Positions 37,143 to 46,371 of a stretch of 64,000 bases of DNA are shown here, piece by piece. The notes beneath the pieces were generated by a model. That model searched no databases, was not told where the DNA came from, and saw only the letters and a list, made by a program, of their open reading frames with translations. The translations under genes and the position numbers were made by a program. The stretch is from Methanobacteriota archaeon (GTDB lineage: Archaea; Thermoplasmatota; Poseidoniia; Poseidoniales; Thalassarchaeaceae). Where the stretch lies: contig JAERST010000013.1 in NCBI GenBank assembly GCA_016845365.1, positions 44,090 to 108,089 of the forward strand. The letters run 5' to 3'. Every line of letters starts with the position of its first letter. The first letter of the stretch is position 1.

Positions 37143-37472
37143 ATGGGTTGGTGGCCGTTCAAGCGCAAGCCGGCGCCGCTGCAGGATGATCTGCACATTC
37201 GCGGCACTCGTGTTTGGTTGCAAGACCTGCGCGAGGCTTGTGAGAGGAATTTCGACAATCCCGAAGAGGGGCGCCGATTGGTTCGCCAAATGCAAGTTGA
37301 ATGGAGCGATGCCCACTCTGAGGGTGAGGTCGATGAGGCCTTGCGCGATGGTCTTGACAGGCGCGCACTGCGCCTGTTGCGAGCCACGGATGACGAGTGG
37401 TTGAAGTGGCTCGATAACGATGATTTTTGGAAGCCTGGATGGCGAGACGAACCTAGAGGTGAGGTGGAATGA
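37143..37472 (+). CDS. hypothetical protein
   Basis: 109-aa Trp-rich ORF whose stop overlaps the next start (ATGA), with a GAGGTGAGG SD for the next gene inside its 3' end. Confidence 0.7.
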   Translation: MGWWPFKRKPAPLQDDLHIRGTRVWLQDLREACERNFDNPEEGRRLVRQMQVEWSDAHSEGEVDEALRDGLDRRALRLLRATDDEWLKWLDNDDFWKPGWRDEPRGEVE

Positions 37473-38224
37473 GTTCGAGCAGTATGCCGATTCTTGACTT
37501 GTGGATTGTTTTGTTTTTGGCGCTCGGTGCGGTGTCAATCTATTACGCGCGCCATCAGCCATTTCCCGAGTATGGAAGTCGCTTCGGCTGGATTAGTCTT
37601 GGATTCGGGCTGGTCTTTTTGATCAGCCGAAGCGCACCCCGAGAAACTGCAATTCTCGCGCCGACAGTCATCGCCGCTATCTTCGGCGGTCTTGCTGTGG
37701 TCTACGGAGTTCGGCACATGGTTGTGACACAAAGAGACGTGTTGGTCGCACCGTTCGGAGGGATTCTACTCTGCTTCGGAACATTGAGTTTGATGACCGA
37801 TGCTTGGAGCGGAATGGACCAAACTTCGCAGATAATCTCCTTCGTCGCGGCCTCGGTCGTAATTCTTCTCGAAATCTACCTCGCATTCCGTGGACTGGTC
37901 GTCGGTGTGCAAGGAATTACATGGTCAAAATCCGGCTTGAGACAAGTCAACCGTGGTCTCCTCGAGGGGCCGCGAGGAGCTATCTCTCACTTCGAGCGTT
38001 CTTGGGATATGGATGACCAATGGCTCAACGCGATGAGCCATGCCGCTCTAGCTAAGATTCACCAGCATCTCGGCGACGAGGCTGCGCACAAGGAACACGT
38101 CGCCGAACTGAAAGCAGTAGGTGGCTGGGAGTCCGTCGATAGTGCTTGGACCGAGGCCATTTCAGACGGCTTAGCCGCCTTGACAACTGCTCAGCAGGCG
38201 CCGACTGCCAGCGGGGACGATTGA
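37469..38224 (+). CDS. integral membrane protein (~5 TM) with a helical/TPR-like C-terminus
   Basis: Successive hydrophobic segments followed by GAISHFERSW...HAALAKIHQHLGD. Confidence 0.75.
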   Translation: MSSSSMPILDLWIVLFLALGAVSIYYARHQPFPEYGSRFGWISLGFGLVFLISRSAPRETAILAPTVIAAIFGGLAVVYGVRHMVVTQRDVLVAPFGGILLCFGTLSLMTDAWSGMDQTSQIISFVAASVVILLEIYLAFRGLVVGVQGITWSKSGLRQVNRGLLEGPRGAISHFERSWDMDDQWLNAMSHAALAKIHQHLGDEAAHKEHVAELKAVGGWESVDSAWTEAISDGLAALTTAQQAPTASGDD

Positions 38225-38254
38225 AAGCGGTAAGCCCAATCCGGAGTCGATATC

Positions 38255-38872
38255 ATGGTCCGTATCACCAAGGTCCACACCGGCGGCGGGGATACAGGAG
38301 ATACTTCGCTCGTCGATGGAACGCGAGTGGGGAAGGAACACCCGCGCGTAGCGATTTACGGCACCATCGACGAGGCCAATGCGGCGATCGGTGTAGTTCG
38401 CATGGAACTCGACCGAGCGCCGACCCATTCTCCCGATGGCGGCTTCATGGCCGCCATCGTTCCAATCTACGAGCAGGCCGACGGCCTGCTCGGCCGCATT
38501 CAGCAGGAACTCTTCGATGTCGGAGCTGAATGCGCCTGCCCGCCCGGCGGCGTCCCCGAACAAATGTCGGTAATCGGCGCCGAGTCGGGCGAGCGGCTCG
38601 TGGCCGAAATGGATACGATGCTCGAAGACCTCGAGCCGCTAACATCCTTCATCCTCCCGACGGGCAACCCCGCAGTAGCCCATTTGCACGTCGCTCGGAC
38701 CATCGTTCGCAGAGCCGAACGCGAAGCCTGTGCGATGCGTGACGAGGTCCGTCCAGAAGTCATCAGTTACCTCAATCGGCTCTCCGACCATTGTTTCGTT
38801 CTCGGGCGCTGGCTCACAGCGAAAATGGGCGACGATGAGACGCTCTGGACTCCGCTTGGAAAGCGCGAGTAA
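38255..38872 (+). CDS. pduO: ATP:cob(I)alamin adenosyltransferase (PduO type)
   Basis: TGGGDTGDTSL, YGTIDEANAAIG, IQQELFDVGA, FILP, ARTIVRRAER, YLNRLSD. Confidence 0.93.
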   Translation: MVRITKVHTGGGDTGDTSLVDGTRVGKEHPRVAIYGTIDEANAAIGVVRMELDRAPTHSPDGGFMAAIVPIYEQADGLLGRIQQELFDVGAECACPPGGVPEQMSVIGAESGERLVAEMDTMLEDLEPLTSFILPTGNPAVAHLHVARTIVRRAEREACAMRDEVRPEVISYLNRLSDHCFVLGRWLTAKMGDDETLWTPLGKRE

Positions 38873-38896
38873 AGCCTCGCTCGCCGCCCGAGAAAT

Positions 38897-39328
38897 TCAG
38901 ACAACTGCCCCGCTCGCAGCCAAGTAGGCGCGAGCGTCCCGCAGCAGAGCTTTCTCTTGGTCGAAGGTCAGCTGCGCCTCTGCCTCGTCGAAATTCAACC
39001 AGAGATAATTCGTATGCTCATGCGAGAGAGTGACATCCAATTCATTCGTCGAGGCGATGTACCAGAAGACCTGTTTGTCAATCCGGCGACCTTTGTGGTG
39101 GAAGGAGTATTCAGTGCGTTGAGACCAGACAGAATCGATCTCGACATCGCTGATTCCAGTCTCTTCCATCAACTCCCGTCGAGCCGTGGAAAAGTGGTCC
39201 TCGTCGCCTTCGACATGCCCCTTCGGGTAGGACCAATGTCCCTGTGGGTACTGTAGGAGGAGGACGCTGTCGAAATTGACCAGCACGAAGCCGCAAGAGG
39301 TCTCCATAGGAGCCGGGATAGGCATCAT
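38897..39328 (-). CDS. NUDIX hydrolase, Ap4A-hydrolase-like
   Basis: SCGFVL, GHWSYPKGHVE, Nudix box TARRELMEETG, LSHEH..Y.W. Start set at ATG 39328/39325. Confidence 0.88.
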   Translation of the reverse strand: MMPIPAPMETSCGFVLVNFDSVLLLQYPQGHWSYPKGHVEGDEDHFSTARRELMEETGISDVEIDSVWSQRTEYSFHHKGRRIDKQVFWYIASTNELDVTLSHEHTNYLWLNFDEAEAQLTFDQEKALLRDARAYLAASGAVV

Positions 39329-39358
39329 CCATATCTCAATTATCCTTCTCGCGTCAAT

Positions 39359-39468
39359 GGGTTTTCGGTGAATTTTACTCAGGATTTCGGCAAATTTTGC
39401 TTTAATTTTCGGTGAACTTTGCTTGGGTTTTGGGTAAACTTTCACTGGGTTTTCGGTAATTCGTTGGC
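39359..39468. repeat. degenerate 22-bp tandem repeat, 5 copies, in the NUDIX/DHH divergent intergenic region
   Basis: gggttttcggtgaattttactc / aggatttcggcaaattttgctt / taattttcggtgaactttgctt / gggttttgggtaaactttcact / gggttttcggtaattcgttggc. Confidence 0.8.
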
Positions 39469-39524
39469 TGGCTTGCAAGGCCTTGTGTTGCAAACAGATG
39501 ATAGGGGGGGCGCGGCGCAGTCCT

Positions 39525-40520
39525 ATGATGGCTCACCGCGCACTCGGACTCGACATCCGTCGGATTGTGACGGATTCTGACCTCGACGGTGTCGTCACAG
39601 GGGCCATCCTGCGACGCTGGTGGCCCGAGGCTGAGGTTGTCTTCGGGCATCCCGGCGCTCTGCGGGCTGGGATGCTCGACGATGTGATCGATCGGCGGAC
39701 TGCCGTCTGCGATTTGCCCCGGCACCCTGCTTGTGGTTTGAGTATCGACCATCATCAATCGAATGAGCCTGAGGGCTCGGATTCGGATGAAGATGAAGGC
39801 GAAATGGTGGTGGTTTGGCGACCGACACTTTCGGCGGCCCGAATCGCCTTCGATTTGGTTGGCGAGGTGGTCGATGTCAGCGATTTGGCTGCGCTAATGG
39901 AGTGGGTCGACAAATTGGATGGGGGCGCGGTCACCAAGGACGAGTATCTCTCAGACCACCCAGTGGTTTGGCTGGGCCGAGTCATCGGTGGAGACGATGG
40001 GGTGGCTCTGGAGATTCTCGAATCGCTGACTCGAGGCGATTCGGTTGAGGCGATTCTTGCTTCGGACCGAATCGCCCCTGTGGTTGTTGAGAAAGGTGAG
40101 CGCTACGCGCGCGCTGATGAATTAATTCGCGAGCGAATGGAAATCGTTGACAGGCTCGCAATAGTCCGATTAGAAGACATGGGAGTTCGCTCCAATGGCT
40201 ACCGTGTAACCGCACTCGCAGGTAACGAGTGCGATGCCTGTTTGGTTGTTCATGGAGATGTCGGAGCGAGTTTTGGCGAGGAGGATCGCTACCCCGTTTC
40301 TGCATCATTTTACACAAATTCATTTTTGCATCGAGGCGGGGGAATCTACGACTTAACCCGCCTCGCAACCCGCTTCGACCCCGACGGAGGAGGACACGCG
40401 AATGCCTGCGGTTGCCGAATCCAAGCCCTCGCCGAGGGAGTTCGGGTCGAGCGTTCAGTTGTGGTCGAAGACATCGGCCAAAATATCGCCGAATGGTTGG
40501 CGATGTGGGCCGAGCGTTGA
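39525..40520 (+). CDS. DHH/DHHA1 family phosphoesterase
   Basis: TDSDLDG, CDL, IDHH, SAA, DKLD, GGGHANACG. Confidence 0.87.
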   Translation: MMAHRALGLDIRRIVTDSDLDGVVTGAILRRWWPEAEVVFGHPGALRAGMLDDVIDRRTAVCDLPRHPACGLSIDHHQSNEPEGSDSDEDEGEMVVVWRPTLSAARIAFDLVGEVVDVSDLAALMEWVDKLDGGAVTKDEYLSDHPVVWLGRVIGGDDGVALEILESLTRGDSVEAILASDRIAPVVVEKGERYARADELIRERMEIVDRLAIVRLEDMGVRSNGYRVTALAGNECDACLVVHGDVGASFGEEDRYPVSASFYTNSFLHRGGGIYDLTRLATRFDPDGGGHANACGCRIQALAEGVRVERSVVVEDIGQNIAEWLAMWAER

Positions 40521-40582
40521 AGCCCAGAATTGAGGCCCAACGTTGAGGTCGAGAACTGGCGGCGATGAGCAGATGCTCAGCC

Positions 40583-41056
40583 TCAGCCAACCAATTGCAG
40601 AAAGTAGAGGAAGCCAAGGAATGCATGAATGGCGATTAGGGCAACCATCACATCGGCAAGTCTTCCATGCAGCATTTTGGTTCGAGCAAACTTCTCCCCG
40701 GCCGCTTTCTGAGCACTGACTCTGCGGCCAAGCATCCAAAGATAAGTCATCAAAGCCAAACCCAACAATCCAGCCCAACCATGGAAATGTCCGGGCAAGA
40801 AAACCCCTACTTCGAGGCTCTTGCCCGCCAACACAACCGATACCGCGCGGGCAAGAAAGGCGAGGCCGACAACCGCGAGAACCATCCGAAACAGTCGCTC
40901 GCCATCGGCCTCGTGGCGCTCTAGAGCTCCAGCCCTCTCAGCGCCCTTCAGCGCGAGACTTTCCTTACGCCACTCGCGCTGCCTCAAAAACTCCCGAATG
41001 ACGAGCAGTGCAGCGATAGGGTGGAGCAGGAGGATGAAGACCTGCGTGGGTTCCAC
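40583..41056 (-). CDS. four-helix membrane protein (DUF4079/cytochrome b561-like)
   Basis: Four hydrophobic helices with conserved-looking His residues (HP, RH, HFHG, HGR). Confidence 0.65.
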   Translation of the reverse strand: MEPTQVFILLLHPIAALLVIREFLRQREWRKESLALKGAERAGALERHEADGERLFRMVLAVVGLAFLARAVSVVLAGKSLEVGVFLPGHFHGWAGLLGLALMTYLWMLGRRVSAQKAAGEKFARTKMLHGRLADVMVALIAIHAFLGFLYFLQLVG

Positions 41057-41169
41057 GAATTGACGCTGAACTGTGGGGGTCTTGAGTCCTCTCTTTCACG
41101 CCTTGCATAGCAAGGCGATGTGTTGATGTATGGAGGGGCGGGGCGAAGGGCCTACCGGAGCGACTCAAC

Positions 41170-44100
41170 TTGGAGGACTATCTGCTCGATTGCGTCGAGG
41201 AACTGCAGCGTGCAGGCGACGACCCGGGCAGGCGAAAAATGCGAGTTCAACGGCCAAAGGCATGGACTCTCCTGAGCAAGGAATGGAAGGCTCTGGCTCT
41301 ACTCGCGGCAAACCAAGCAGCTCCTGAATCGGTAGATCCCGATGCTCCCGATGCTGCGAATTCTCGTCCGGCGAGGGGTGCTCGCCGAATCGGTCGCAGG
41401 GGAGGGCGAGGCGCGGGGTCCGGTCTGGAGGACCGGCTTGAAGCGCCTCGAACGGTGATTTCATCGAATGAATCGGCTGCATATCGGCTTGCAGTCCTCA
41501 TCGCTCAGAAGCAGAAGATGGGAGATTCCTGGAAGGCTGAATGGGACGATGAGGCGACTGCCCTGAGGGCTGAATGCGAGGATGGAGTGCATCCAGTCTG
41601 GGAGCGGATGGCTCGTGAAGCACCGCTTCTGGCTGAACTTGGGCGCTTCCCACAGGCTGAGACTGTCGTGACGACTGTAGATTCGAGCGAGTGGGCGGCG
41701 GCAGCACGATTCGACCCACTCGACCAAGATGCTCTCTTGGGTTGGTTGGAGACCTGTGCGCTGAGTTTGGATATTCATCAAGCCTCAGCGCTGCAATCGA
41801 TTACTCGTGATTTGAGGTCTGGAAAGACTCGCCCGAAGAAATGGCGCAATTGGATGAATCCGGCGCTACTCGGGCTCGAGGGTGATGCAGTCATTCTCGA
41901 GGCAATGTTGCTCGCTGCTAGTTTGGATGCGGGCGCGATTGCAAGATTCGAGGCGGTTGATTCGCAGGAGTTGCAGACAATTGCCTCGACTCAATCTCAA
42001 CTTCTGAAAATGCGAAGCGGCCAGACTGAGGATTGGACTTCGGCCGCTTCGACGAAGGGCGATGATGCACTATCCTCAGCCCTTCGACTCGAGGCGTGGA
42101 AAGGATTCACCAGCGCTGAGGGCGCTGATGTCGATTTCCTCTTTTCCGGTTTGCAGACGCTGAATGAGGCTGGCCTCACAGCGCCAGATAAATTGCGCTG
42201 GCAAGTAATCTCAGGTTTGGTCAGCGCAGGCCGATTTGAGGAAACCTCAGGCCTGCTCGACGGCTTGGACATCGATAGCGAAGAGGAGATGTCCATCGCG
42301 TTGGCTTTGATTTCAAAATCGGGCGACTCAGGACTGACGGACACAGTCATTCGAGCAATGAATAAGTCATCTAACGAGGTGATTCTCTCAGTTATGCGCG
42401 ACTCAGCGGCTCCGCTCAGCATTCGCAAGAGAGCTGCTGACTTACTCTCCGACAAGGGCCTCGATATCGCTGAAGAAATCCTCGATATCTACACACTCTC
42501 TGCAGATGTCCAAGGACTTAGTCGAGAATTCCTCTCACACCTCGACTTGGCTGCGCAATTCCCTCACCGGGCCCTCATGGTCTGGCACTTGATTCCAGCA
42601 AATCAGGCGGTCGCCGTCCTCGAGGATCTCGAAACCATGCGACGGACGGCGATTACTTCGCTGTCCGAGAGCGATGAAGATACTACTCTCACAGGTGCAG
42701 CTTCATCTCTCATCGCTCTACTAAGTGGAACTCCATCTCAAATGGATTCGGTCCACGATAAGTTGGATTCCGATGGTGTTCTCGCTCTCAACGAGGTTCG
42801 TCGCGCCCTCTCAGCTGATGGCGATGGAATCGTGCGCGAGAATCGCATTGAGACTCTTGAGCAGGCGGTACTCAATGCGCAGTTGACATATCTTGAACGC
42901 AGCTTGTTCAGTTCCCTGCTCAACGCCCTGCGCCTCAATCGGGCAACCATAGATCTGCAGAGCGGAGTTGCAGAGCGAGGCGAATTCGCCATTGCAGCCT
43001 TGGGTGCACTGTGCGCTGAAGCCGAGGTCACGATGCGCACGATTGGTTTCGCAACCGACCTCGTTCTCGAGCACGATGCCGCTATTCCCGAGCTCGAGAT
43101 GTGGTATCGATTACACGATAATGGCTCGGCTGAGCATCAGATTGTTCGAGCCACCATCGCCTGCTCAAAGGACGACCGCATCAATGCAGCTCGCTCATAC
43201 CGCGATGCTGCGATGAAGGTCCGCGACGATTTCGAGCAATCCGCCCTGCTCCTCAGAAAGTCGCTCATCGAATTCGCCCACGCAGGCGGATGGAAGGAGG
43301 CGGTCGACATGATTGACCGGCACTCCGAATTGACCGCCGCGGTCACCTCGAGATTCCAACTCTACCTGCGAACCTGCGCCGATGCGGTCGCAGGACGCAA
43401 CGAGGTGGCAACCCAGCGCATCATCGAATATGTTAGCGAGCGCGAGCCGAGCGACCCAGAGATTGAGGGCATCGATAGAGAGGCTGTCAAGCGACGGCTC
43501 GAAGTCCTCGATAGAGCTCTACGATACGCTTCCGAGCACCGATTGCCCGAGGATCCATTCCGCGGAAGAGTCCTCGCAGCGCAAATGATGATGCGCCGAA
43601 GAGAGAGCAGTAGGCGAAGCGAATTGGAAGGCAGATTCCTGCTTGAACTCAATGAGCGAAAGGATGTTCTCGAAATTACCCTCATCGCCGAGGAAGTCGC
43701 CGAAATCTCACCGATTCGCGGCCTCAGAATGTTTGAGACGGCGATTCAATCGGGTAATTTCGACCTGCGCCAAATCCAGCAACTTGTCCGCTCACAAAAG
43801 GCCCTCTTCCGCCGTTATAGTCGAACAATTCCAGTGCGTCAGAGGAGTTCTCTCAGCCACCTCTCACTCCGGCCACTCGTGCTCATCGACACCAATATTC
43901 TCATCGACGCGCTGAAGGATGATTTGCTCAGCCAAATCTCGACCGATCGCCTAGGAACCTTCGATTGGACGGTCGAGCGAGCCTTCGTTTGGATGCTCAA
44001 GCGCCGCAATAGCGAGGGCCGTGTCCACCTCTGCATTCCGGCATCCGCACAAGCTGAATTCCTCAACCGAACCCGCAATCCAAGCGTCGCTCTGGGCTTG

Positions 44101-44550
44101 TTCAACAATGTCTACGTCGACCGAAAGGCGTGGAAAGAGACGGTCACCGACGAACTTCTGCAGGAGAGGGTTCAATCGGTTCTGCGAACCTTCGGCTCTT
44201 TCCGCACCGAGGTCGATGAGGAAGCGAAGGCCGCCATCGACCTCGACTCATTCTTGCAGCGTCACTCGGCAATTTTCGAGAAGATATCCGAATCCAAACA
44301 ATTGGCTCGGGACAATCCACCTCCTCGAAGCGAAATCGATGGGGTGGCAATCTATCCTGAATCTGGCGACCTCGATATCATGCGCGATTCGACGGTTCAC
44401 GCAGCCTCGAATATGCCCGATGTAGGCTGCGTTTTGGTGGCCACGCGCGATTCTGACTTCATGCTCATCGCGCGCGCATTACACGATAATTTCGGATTCG
44501 GCGCTATCTGGACTGCACAGCAATTGAATAGCCACATCATCCGAAATTGA
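41170..44550 (+). CDS. large alpha-helical protein (1126 aa) with a C-terminal PIN nuclease domain
   Basis: PIN motifs LVLIDTNILID, IPASAQAEF, ESGDLDIM, VATRDSDF; N-terminal RG-rich patch RGARRIGRRGGRG; TTG start. Confidence 0.8.
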   Translation: MEDYLLDCVEELQRAGDDPGRRKMRVQRPKAWTLLSKEWKALALLAANQAAPESVDPDAPDAANSRPARGARRIGRRGGRGAGSGLEDRLEAPRTVISSNESAAYRLAVLIAQKQKMGDSWKAEWDDEATALRAECEDGVHPVWERMAREAPLLAELGRFPQAETVVTTVDSSEWAAAARFDPLDQDALLGWLETCALSLDIHQASALQSITRDLRSGKTRPKKWRNWMNPALLGLEGDAVILEAMLLAASLDAGAIARFEAVDSQELQTIASTQSQLLKMRSGQTEDWTSAASTKGDDALSSALRLEAWKGFTSAEGADVDFLFSGLQTLNEAGLTAPDKLRWQVISGLVSAGRFEETSGLLDGLDIDSEEEMSIALALISKSGDSGLTDTVIRAMNKSSNEVILSVMRDSAAPLSIRKRAADLLSDKGLDIAEEILDIYTLSADVQGLSREFLSHLDLAAQFPHRALMVWHLIPANQAVAVLEDLETMRRTAITSLSESDEDTTLTGAASSLIALLSGTPSQMDSVHDKLDSDGVLALNEVRRALSADGDGIVRENRIETLEQAVLNAQLTYLERSLFSSLLNALRLNRATIDLQSGVAERGEFAIAALGALCAEAEVTMRTIGFATDLVLEHDAAIPELEMWYRLHDNGSAEHQIVRATIACSKDDRINAARSYRDAAMKVRDDFEQSALLLRKSLIEFAHAGGWKEAVDMIDRHSELTAAVTSRFQLYLRTCADAVAGRNEVATQRIIEYVSEREPSDPEIEGIDREAVKRRLEVLDRALRYASEHRLPEDPFRGRVLAAQMMMRRRESSRRSELEGRFLLELNERKDVLEITLIAEEVAEISPIRGLRMFETAIQSGNFDLRQIQQLVRSQKALFRRYSRTIPVRQRSSLSHLSLRPLVLIDTNILIDALKDDLLSQISTDRLGTFDWTVERAFVWMLKRRNSEGRVHLCIPASAQAEFLNRTRNPSVALGLFNNVYVDRKAWKETVTDELLQERVQSVLRTFGSFRTEVDEEAKAAIDLDSFLQRHSAIFEKISESKQLARDNPPPRSEIDGVAIYPESGDLDIMRDSTVHAASNMPDVGCVLVATRDSDFMLIARALHDNFGFGAIWTAQQLNSHIIRN

Positions 44551-44578
44551 GGCGACTGAGACGCGACCGCGTCTCGGT

Positions 44579-45556
44579 TCAACTCGTGCTTAGCGAGTCG
44601 CCGAGTCGTGACATGATCACAGTCGCCGACTCGATATCGTCAACGGTTTCAACACTCTTTCCAGCCGAGAAAAATTCCTTCTTTTTCTGAGTCGAACCTT
44701 TGCCCTTGGCGAGGCGACGAAGTTTGGAGAAGGAGAGGAAGTTAAGGAACATTCGAGCCGAGTGTTTCCAGCGACTATTGAGCCAACGACTCATCAGCCA
44801 GCCGTTCTCTTGTTGGTAGCCGTCTGAGCGAATTACCGAGATTGGAACTCCGGTCAGGCGGTTTGTCCAAACGATATCTGTCTCGCGCGCGTCGACGATT
44901 GCCTGCTTGTAATCCTCGGGCGAATTGCACTCTGTGGTGGCGATGAATCGCGTACCCATCTGAACCCCCGCATAACCCATGGCCATGACCTCTGACAACT
45001 CGGCCTCGCTGCCGATTCCTCCCGCGCAGATGAGTGGTTTTCCTAAGTCGCTGAGTTCGGCGAACATCGCTGCTGCTGAATCGGTACCAAGATGTCCGCC
45101 GGCCCGATTATTGACGCAGATTAGGCCATCAACTCCACACTCTATTCCCTTGATTGCGTGCTTGCGCGTGGTCACATCATGGTAGACATAGCCGCCTTTG
45201 GCGTGGACTCGCTCGCAAACCCAATCGGGTTTGCCGAGCGAGGTGACGAAGAAGCGGATGTCTTCTTCGAGCGCGATATCAATCCATTCTGACATGCGCT
45301 CGATGTATTTCTTCGAGCCTTTTTCGATTAGAGCGTTGAAGCCGATCGGCTTGTCCGTGAGGCTTCGGATGTAGCGGATTCCTTCTCGTAAATCCCAGCC
45401 GTGAACATAGGTCAGTGAGACCGGCTGGAGGATTGCCATGCCGCCGCCCTCGGCGGCGGCGGCGACTAATTCTGGGTTCGAGCAAGGATACATGGCACCG
45501 CAGATGATTGGGTGCTCGACCCCAGCGTGCTCGGTGAAAGCGGTGCTCATTCCCAT
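44579..45556 (-). CDS. nitronate monooxygenase/FabK-like FMN oxidoreductase
   Basis: HPIICGAM, ELVAA, KPIGFN, AGGH, ICAGGIG, GVQMGTRFIATTE. Confidence 0.88.
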   Translation of the reverse strand: MGMSTAFTEHAGVEHPIICGAMYPCSNPELVAAAAEGGGMAILQPVSLTYVHGWDLREGIRYIRSLTDKPIGFNALIEKGSKKYIERMSEWIDIALEEDIRFFVTSLGKPDWVCERVHAKGGYVYHDVTTRKHAIKGIECGVDGLICVNNRAGGHLGTDSAAAMFAELSDLGKPLICAGGIGSEAELSEVMAMGYAGVQMGTRFIATTECNSPEDYKQAIVDARETDIVWTNRLTGVPISVIRSDGYQQENGWLMSRWLNSRWKHSARMFLNFLSFSKLRRLAKGKGSTQKKKEFFSAGKSVETVDDIESATVIMSRLGDSLSTS

Positions 45557-45580
45557 GCAATCTCCTCCTGTGATGCGCCC

Positions 45581-46087
45581 CTAACGATTCTCGCGAGCAC
45601 GGAAGTTCCACTTGAATACCCACTCGGAGACGATATCACCTGACGAGTCTCGTCCTACCGCGCGCATATCGAGGTCGATACTCTCGCCGCTCGCAAGCGT
45701 CTCTTCGATTGCAGCGCGAACGGCACCAACATCCTCGCAAGTGAACAAAATCTTGCCCTTCGCGCGTTTGACGAATGTCGCCTCAGTGCCGACAACAAAC
45801 ATGCGAATGCCGCGCTCACTGGCACGTGAAATTGCAAATGGATGCACACCGGTAGAGAGTTCAGCAGCCATTCCCTGTGCCGCCCAGTACATCGTTTTGA
45901 AGGGATTTTGTGAGCGCCAGCCACCCGGAATTGAAGTCACGCAAACTGAATCATCGGCGCGAATTACTCGAAGCCCGACGAAGGCAGCCGAAGGCATCGA
46001 GAGCAGGGTAAATGCCCGAAATCGCGCCCAGCCTGAGAAGCCACTCAACTCGCGCTGAAGTCGGGCTTCGTCGATCATACGATTCAA
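45581..46087 (-). CDS. hotdog-fold thioesterase (DUF4442-like)
   Basis: WRSQNPFKTMYWAAQGMAAELSTG, F.KRAKG.I.F.C. Confidence 0.75.
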   Translation of the reverse strand: MNRMIDEARLQRELSGFSGWARFRAFTLLSMPSAAFVGLRVIRADDSVCVTSIPGGWRSQNPFKTMYWAAQGMAAELSTGVHPFAISRASERGIRMFVVGTEATFVKRAKGKILFTCEDVGAVRAAIEETLASGESIDLDMRAVGRDSSGDIVSEWVFKWNFRARENR

Positions 46088-46371
46088 CTCGGTGAAGGAT
46101 TAGCCCCGCCGCTCATCAGCCTCTCGACAACGGCGATATAGCGCTCCATCGCATCCTCGACGCTGGTCCCGCGCAACTTGCGCCAAGCCCGCCATTTTGC
46201 CATTCCAACCATGCCGCCCGAAATCGGTCGCGGGCTCTTGGCATCGCCTTCAGTGGCCTGTTTGTAGAGCGCGTATAACTCGAGTAGGGTCATGTCGTCG
46301 GGGCGTTCTTTGAGTCTCCAGACTCGCTTTGCGGCTTTTTCGAATCGCTTGGTTAGATTCATTTTACTCAC
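46084..46371 (-). CDS. acyl-CoA-binding protein (ACBP)
   Basis: FEKAA...LLELYALYKQATEGD...AKWRAW..LRG.S.EDAM..YI. Confidence 0.92.
   Translation of the reverse strand: MSKMNLTKRFEKAAKRVWRLKERPDDMTLLELYALYKQATEGDAKSPRPISGGMVGMAKWRAWRKLRGTSVEDAMERYIAVVERLMSGGANPSPS

Noticed and set aside
37062-37562. Long N-terminal extension of RlmH (likewise Icd 56437-56706 and NUDIX 39329-39493)
   Set aside because: These overlap opposite-strand genes or intergenic repeats, and family motifs begin only at the downstream ATGs.
41170-44550. PIN protein as a VapBC toxin-antitoxin module
   Set aside because: Far larger than a VapC toxin and no small upstream antitoxin gene.
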